From: Armatimonadota bacterium | Lineage (GTDB): Bacteria > Armatimonadota > Fimbriimonadia > Fimbriimonadales > Fimbriimonadaceae | DNA: 64,000 bases | Reading direction: 5' to 3' | Assembly: GCA_031400935.1 (NCBI GenBank) | Contig: JANNQV010000062.1 | Coordinates: forward strand, 1 to 64,000 | Part shown: positions 58,601 to 64,000 of the stretch, one piece after another | Layout of the letters: every line of letters begins with the position of its first letter | Numbering within the stretch: the first letter of the stretch is position 1 | The notes under the pieces: generated by a model | The model's input: the letters and a program-made list of their open reading frames with translations, nothing else | Databases searched by the model: none | Told to the model about the DNA's origin: nothing | Position numbers and translations under genes: made by a program

Positions 58601-60514
58601 CTACTTTTCTTCTGTAAAATCAGCATCAATCACATCGTCTGCGTTGTCGCCTTTTTGGGCACCGACCCCAACTGTCTCGCCTTCTTCTTCGCCTTCAGCT
58701 TTTGGTTGCGAGGACTTGGCGTACATGGCCTCTGCAAGCCTGTGCGATTCGGATTCAAGGTCTGTGAATGCCGCTTGAATCGCTGGAAAATCTTCGCCTG
58801 TAAGTTCCTTTCGCAAGGCGTTTGCCTTTTCTTCGATCCTACTCTTGTCAGCTTCGCTTACGACTTCCGGCGTATCTCGAATAGTTTTTTCAACAGAATA
58901 TAGCAAATGCTCCGACTTATTTTTCAGTTCGGCGTTTTCTTGCGCTTGGCGATCGTTTTCTGCATTAGCTTCTGCTTCAGCGACCATTTTGTCAATTTCG
59001 TCGCGCTTCAGACTTCCACTTCCGCTGATAGTGATTCTTTGTTCGTTGCTTGTTGCCTGGTCTTTGGCAGTAACGCTCAAGATTCCGTTGGCATCAATGT
59101 CGCAAGTGACCTCGATTTGTGGAACGCGAGCGGGAGCAGGTGGAATTCCGGCTAAATGGAACCTGCCAAGGCTCTTATTGTCTCTTGCCAACGGCCTTTC
59201 GCCTTGCAAAATATGGATTTCAACTTCAGGCTGATTATCTGCCGCAGTCGTGTAAACCCTGCTCTTTTTCGTTGGAATCGTTGTGTTTCGCTCGATAAGC
59301 TTGTCAAAAATTCCGCCTTGGGTTTCCACACCCAGGCTAAGTGGAGTCACGTCGAGAAGTACGATGTCTTTAACATCGCCCGACAGAATTCCAGCTTGAA
59401 TTGCGGCGCCAACGGCAACAACTTCATCTGGGTTTACAGAGCGATTGGGTTCTTTTCCAGCAAGCTTTTTGACCAATTCTTGAATCATTGGCATTCGCGT
59501 GGAACCACCAACGAGAACGACTTCATCCACTCCGGCAGCCTTTAACTTCGCATCGGCGAGGGCAGTTTTGAATGGAGCTTTGACTCGCTCGATCAAGTCG
59601 GCGCAAAGCTCTTCGAATTTGGCTCGCGAGAGATTGACGTCAAGGTGGAGCGGGTTGTTGTCAACCGCCGTTACATACGGCAAATTGATTTGGGTTGTAA
59701 TCTGGGTGCTGAGTTCGATCTTGGCTTTTTCAGCAGCTTCTCGGAGCCTTTGAAGCGCGGAGCGATCTACTTTCAAATCAATTCCTTGAGCCTTTTTGAA
59801 TTCAACGGCAAGCCAATCTACAATTTTTTGATCAAAGTCGTCGCCTCCAAGATGGCTGTCACCAGCTGTGGATTTCACCTCGAAAACGCCTTCGCCAACA
59901 TCGAGAACCGAAACGTCGAACGTTCCGCCTCCAAGGTCGAAAACTAAAATGGTTTCGTTAGATTTTTTGTCGAGTCCGTAAGCAAGGGAAGCTGCAGTTG
60001 GCTCGTTGATGATTCGCAAAACGTTCAGTCCGGCGATTTCGCCAGCATCCTTTGTGGCTTTTCGCTGACTGTCGTTAAAATAAGCGGGAACCGTAATTAC
60101 AGCGCTATCAACCTTGGTGCCCAAATAGGCTTCTGCGTCGGCTTTGAGTTTTTGCAAAATCATTGCAGAAATCTCTTCAGGAGTCAGGTCTTTTTCAAGG
60201 GCGGGCATGTAAGCGATGGCTTGCCCCTTTTTGTCAGCTTTGACCTTATAGGGAACTCGGCCAGCTTCAACTTCAACTTCTTTATAAGCATGTCCCATGA
60301 ACCTTTTGATCGAGAAAACTGTGTTTTCTGGGTTCACAACGGCTTGCCGTTTGGCTGTAACTCCTACGAGCCTTTCGCCATTTGGCTTGAAAGCTACTAC
60401 GCTAGGTACGGTTCGACCGCCCTCCGCGCTTGCGATGACGACAGGCTCTCCGCCTTCCATAACTGCAACCACGCTATTTGTGGTTCCAAGATCAATTCCA
60501 ACTGTTTTTCCCAT
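58601..60514 (-). CDS. dnaK: Chaperone DnaK
   Basis: [25 protein letters not shown] and C-terminal DVIDADF motifs. Confidence 0.99.
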   Translation of the reverse strand: MGKTVGIDLGTTNSVVAVMEGGEPVVIASAEGGRTVPSVVAFKPNGERLVGVTAKRQAVVNPENTVFSIKRFMGHAYKEVEVEAGRVPYKVKADKKGQAIAYMPALEKDLTPEEISAMILQKLKADAEAYLGTKVDSAVITVPAYFNDSQRKATKDAGEIAGLNVLRIINEPTAASLAYGLDKKSNETILVFDLGGGTFDVSVLDVGEGVFEVKSTAGDSHLGGDDFDQKIVDWLAVEFKKAQGIDLKVDRSALQRLREAAEKAKIELSTQITTQINLPYVTAVDNNPLHLDVNLSRAKFEELCADLIERVKAPFKTALADAKLKAAGVDEVVLVGGSTRMPMIQELVKKLAGKEPNRSVNPDEVVAVGAAIQAGILSGDVKDIVLLDVTPLSLGVETQGGIFDKLIERNTTIPTKKSRVYTTAADNQPEVEIHILQGERPLARDNKSLGRFHLAGIPPAPARVPQIEVTCDIDANGILSVTAKDQATSNEQRITISGSGSLKRDEIDKMVAEAEANAENDRQAQENAELKNKSEHLLYSVEKTIRDTPEVVSEADKSRIEEKANALRKELTGEDFPAIQAAFTDLESESHRLAEAMYAKSSQPKAEGEEEGETVGVGAQKGDNADDVIDADFTEEK

Positions 60515-60526
60515 TTTCCTTCCTTT

Positions 60527-60571
60527 AGTGAGTGTTTATGACTCAGATTACTTGAGTCTCATGCGCTCATG
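60527..60571 (-). promoter_or_regulatory. Two HAIR-like (HspR) operators upstream of dnaK
   Basis: AGTGAGT-N7-ACTCAGA (60527-60547) and CTTGAGT-N7-GCTCATG (60551-60571) versus the consensus CTTGAGT-N7-ACTCAAG. Confidence 0.75.
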
Positions 60572-60625
60572 CTACAATTACTAACGTTAATTGTACTGAA
60601 TTGGTTCCAAAGTTTGCCAATGGGG

Positions 60626-60717
60626 TGGGACTAATGGGTTGAACTGGGCGTTGGGACTCATAGGACTTAAGGGACTTATGGGACCTGTATGTCCTATGAG
60701 ACCTATATGACTCATGA
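60626..60717. repeat. Inverted pair of 9-mer tandem arrays (ATAGGACTT-like)
   Basis: TTGGGACTC ATAGGACTT AAGGGACTT ATGGGACCT; then GTCCTATGA GACCTATAT GACTCATGA. Confidence 0.85.
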
Positions 60718-60774
60718 ATCTTTTGTTGCCAAACCCGAACAAAACTGAGCCTCATCAGCGTATATACTTCTTAC

Positions 60775-62031
60775 ATGGATCCCGAAATTTATTACGCTGA
60801 AGTCATTGAAAAAACTGCAACTTACGTAAACCCAGGACTTGCCAAGCTTCTTGCTTTTGCAGGATTTGGAGTCGAAATGAAGGCGGAGGGATGCTACATT
60901 TGGGATCAAGAAGGGAAGAAGTACCTGGACTGTCTGGGTGGATACGGCACCTTTGCCCTCGGCCATCGCCACCCGAAAGTTGTCGAAGCTGTAAAACGCC
61001 AACTAGACATAATGCCTCTTTCTGCAAAAGCATTTTTCAATGCAAAGCAGGCTGATTTAGCCGAAATGCTTGCAAAGAGGGCTCCTAAAGGACTCCAATA
61101 CACGTTTTTTTCTAACTCTGGAACTGAAGCTGTGGAGGCCGCTCTCAAATTCGCGAAGGCCACCACTGGAAAAGCAAAGATCGTCAGCACTCAAGGCGCC
61201 TATCACGGAAAGACCATCGGTGCTTTGGCTACAACGGGAAAGACAAAATACCAAAAGAATTTTGAACCGCTGATGCCAGGAGTCGAATTCATTGACTATG
61301 GCAATTTGGATCAGGCGAGAACCGCAATAGACAACCAAACCGCCGCAATGATTATTGAAACCATTCAAGGCGAAGGCGGAATTGTAGTTCCACCTGCTGG
61401 ATACATCGCTGGTTTGCGCGAAATTTGCACAAGGAACGGCGCTCTGCTTATTGCAGATGAAGTTCAGACTGGCATGGGGCGATCTGGCACACTTTTTGGA
61501 TGCGAAGCCGAAGGAATCACACCCGACATTCTTACGCTCGCTAAAGCTCTCGGCGGCGGGGTCATGCCGATCGGCGCAACGATGGGAACTCCCGAAGTTT
61601 GGGATAAGGTTTTTGGCGAGAACCCACTTCTCCACACAAGCACCTTTGGCGGAAATGAACTAGCTTGTGCTGCGGGAATTGCAACGATTCAAACCATTGA
61701 AGAAGACGGCCTTTTGGAACGATGCCGAAAGATGGGCGAAAAGCTGATTGCTGGCCTAAAGCAGGTTCAAATCGAGCATTCGGATTTAGTCAAGGAAGTC
61801 CGAGGACGCGGCCTCATGATTGGCGTCGAGCTAACGATGGATGAAGTTGGCGAGCTAAGCGTGGCTCAGATGTTGAAGCGAGGAATGTGCGTTGCTTATA
61901 CGTTGAACAACCCTCGAGTCATTCGCTTCGAGCCGCCGTTCATCATTTCAGAATCAGAAGTTGATTTCGCGGTTGAGACATTTAGGAGCGCAATTGCAGA
62001 GACATCTGAGTTGCTTGCTTCGTTAGTCTGA
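60775..62031 (+). CDS. Class III PLP aminotransferase (putrescine/acetylornithine type)
   Basis: YLDCLGGYG, NSGTEAVE, IADEVQTGMGR, AKALGGG and TSTFGGN motifs. Confidence 0.93.
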   Translation: MDPEIYYAEVIEKTATYVNPGLAKLLAFAGFGVEMKAEGCYIWDQEGKKYLDCLGGYGTFALGHRHPKVVEAVKRQLDIMPLSAKAFFNAKQADLAEMLAKRAPKGLQYTFFSNSGTEAVEAALKFAKATTGKAKIVSTQGAYHGKTIGALATTGKTKYQKNFEPLMPGVEFIDYGNLDQARTAIDNQTAAMIIETIQGEGGIVVPPAGYIAGLREICTRNGALLIADEVQTGMGRSGTLFGCEAEGITPDILTLAKALGGGVMPIGATMGTPEVWDKVFGENPLLHTSTFGGNELACAAGIATIQTIEEDGLLERCRKMGEKLIAGLKQVQIEHSDLVKEVRGRGLMIGVELTMDEVGELSVAQMLKRGMCVAYTLNNPRVIRFEPPFIISESEVDFAVETFRSAIAETSELLASLV

Positions 62032-62118
62032 AATTGCGAAGAGATTTGGGATTCGATTGGTTCGAGGGTGCATTCCCGGAACCAAAAATTAGGTATTCAC
62101 AATTGGATACACTGATGC

Positions 62119-62895
62119 ATGCCCCAATTTGATCTGAAATTCGAAGCTAACGACGGAACTGTGCTTAGCTTCGACTTGTTTCCGTTGGCTGGCATGGCTC
62201 CCGCACCGGTCGTTGTTTGCATCCATGGCGGCGGATGGATTTCTGGCGAACCTTCGATGATGCATGAGGTAGCCGAATCCCTAAACCGCATGGGATTCTC
62301 GGCAGTTTGCCCGCAGTACCGGCTCGCTCCCCTTCACACTTATCCGACGCCAATTGAAGACATTCAGGCCTGCATCAGGCACCTCCGAGCAAATTCGAAC
62401 GAGTTGCAAATTGATTCTGGTGCTATCGGTGTTTTAGGTAATAGCGCGGGCGGATATTTGGCTGCCATGTGCGGCCTTCAAGATTCGCCAATTAGGGGCA
62501 TTTCTAGCCGAGCAAATTGTGTTGTAGACATTTCCGGCATTACCGATCTATCTGAACCTGATGACAGCCATTTTCCTATCAGCATGAGCTTTTTGGAGCA
62601 ATTCATGGGTTGTTCTCATGTAGGAAACGAAGAAAAATGGACGGAGGCAAGCCCTATTTCTCATACTGATTCAGCAATAGTGCCATTTCTGATCATCCAT
62701 GGCGAGTCAGACGAGATCGTTCCAATAGCACAGTCACAGGCCCTCGCCGGCAAGCTCTTTGGGGCAGGTGCAGACATCGAATTCCATTCGCTTCCCGGCG
62801 AAGGACACAGTTTTAGCTATCCAGGCTGGTTGAAAGTAGAAAGCCTTTTTGAGGAATTTTTGAGGAAGTCACTTCGTCATGAACACGTCGCATAA
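62119..62895 (+). CDS. Alpha/beta hydrolase (HSL/BD-FAE-like esterase)
   Basis: IHGGGW, GNSAGG, HGESDEIVP and GEGH motifs. Confidence 0.92.
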   Translation: MPQFDLKFEANDGTVLSFDLFPLAGMAPAPVVVCIHGGGWISGEPSMMHEVAESLNRMGFSAVCPQYRLAPLHTYPTPIEDIQACIRHLRANSNELQIDSGAIGVLGNSAGGYLAAMCGLQDSPIRGISSRANCVVDISGITDLSEPDDSHFPISMSFLEQFMGCSHVGNEEKWTEASPISHTDSAIVPFLIIHGESDEIVPIAQSQALAGKLFGAGADIEFHSLPGEGHSFSYPGWLKVESLFEEFLRKSLRHEHVA

Positions 62896-63952
62896 CATTC
62901 CTGAAAGTCAAAGTGGCATCGTAGATCTTCGTAGCGACACGGTGACCCGACCAACGGCAGAAATGTATGAGGCAATGATGTCTGCGCGTCTTGGCGACGA
63001 CGTTTTAGGCGACGATCCGACCGTATTAGAACTTGAAGCGGTTTCGGCTCAAATGACGGGCAAAGAAGCTGCACTGTTTGTTTCAAGCGGAACCATGGGA
63101 AACCAAGTCGCGCTGGCTTGCCATGTAAGTCGTGGCGACTCGATTCTCGTTGAAGAAGAAGCCCATATTCTCTACTATGAAGTTGGCGGACCGGCGATCA
63201 TTGCCGGAGCCGTTACAGCAACCCTTCCCTCGAAAATGGGCACCATGGACCCAAACCAGATCGAATCGCGAATCATGAAGCGGACCTTTCATACACCGGG
63301 TACGACATTGCTATGTGTTGAGAACACTCACAACCGGGCAGGCGGGACCATCATCGCTGACGCTGCAACAAACGAATACCGAAAGGTCGCCGACCGCCAT
63401 GGTCTGAAGATGCATCTTGATGGAGCAAGAATGTTTAATGCTTCGGTTGCTTTGGGTATCAGCGCAAAGGAACTTGTTCGCGACTTCGATTCCGTAAGTT
63501 TCTGCCTTTCGAAGGGGCTAGGTTCTCCTGTTGGCTCAGTATTATGCGGCTCTAACGAGTTTATCCAAAGTGCCTTGACTTGGAGAAAACGTTTAGGCGG
63601 CGGAATGAGGCAATCAGGCATTTTAGCGGCTTGTGGCCTTGTCAGCTTGCGTACCATGGTTGACCGTTTAGTCGACGATCACCGTCGTGCAAAGGAGATA
63701 GCGCATGGACTTGACAGTCTAGCCGGACTTGCCATTGACTGGGAGCGGGTTCAAACCAACATGATTCTGGTTCAAACTTCTGGCCTATCAGAACCCTGGC
63801 TAGTTTCTTTAAAGAAAAAGGGAATTTGGGCGTTAGCTCCAGCTCCCGACAGAATACGTCTTGTTTTGCACAAGGACGTTGACGACGTTGGCGTACAGCG
63901 TACTATCTCAGCGTTTCAAGAGATTTCTGCGGACTTTAGTACTGCAGTTTAG
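62879..63952 (+). CDS. ltaE: Low-specificity L-threonine aldolase
   Basis: DLRSDTVT, SGTMGN, ENTHN, HLDGAR, CLSKGLG and GGGMRQ motifs. Confidence 0.94.
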   Translation: MNTSHNIPESQSGIVDLRSDTVTRPTAEMYEAMMSARLGDDVLGDDPTVLELEAVSAQMTGKEAALFVSSGTMGNQVALACHVSRGDSILVEEEAHILYYEVGGPAIIAGAVTATLPSKMGTMDPNQIESRIMKRTFHTPGTTLLCVENTHNRAGGTIIADAATNEYRKVADRHGLKMHLDGARMFNASVALGISAKELVRDFDSVSFCLSKGLGSPVGSVLCGSNEFIQSALTWRKRLGGGMRQSGILAACGLVSLRTMVDRLVDDHRRAKEIAHGLDSLAGLAIDWERVQTNMILVQTSGLSEPWLVSLKKKGIWALAPAPDRIRLVLHKDVDDVGVQRTISAFQEISADFSTAV

Positions 63953-64000
63953 GACGCAAACTCTTCGGTAGTTTCTAAACGGCCTTCCAATTCTTCAAGT

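Overview
Bacterial chromosome segment with no rRNA, tRNA, CRISPR array or intact transposase seen. The 'FTLIELLVVIAIIAILAAILFPVFA' prepilin/H-X9-DG genes and the general gene content suggest Armatimonadota (Fimbriimonadia-like); this is an inference. Housekeeping genes (dnaE, trpA, trpE, pgk, leuB, leuD, trmFO, sepF, tkt, clpC, rsmE, gcvH/gcvPA, ftsZ, dnaK, ltaE) are mostly dispersed and interleaved with secreted hypothetical proteins. Main points of interest: (1) a secreted HAF-repeat-like protein (18878-20512) studded with short signature motifs from unrelated families (M43 protease THEVGHW and FMDYVDD, fibrinogen YCDMTTDGGGWT, NHL, Asp-box, phage tail tube), suggesting snippet-level mosaicism; (2) a TlpA-like thioredoxin split by an in-frame TGA at its CxxC (probable UxxC selenoprotein); (3) a secreted gene frameshifted by a (TC)15 tract in its signal peptide (probable phase variation); (4) several families of 7/8/9-mer tandem repeats and REP-like hairpins, including telomere-like arrays flanking a dinB gene and a hairpin inserted in-frame in trmFO; (5) a pervasive leaderless TANNNT-N5-8-start architecture that reveals an unannotated 36-aa basic protein; (6) HAIR-like operators at dnaK and a long candidate structured leader before clpC. 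All product calls come from motif recognition; no database search was run.
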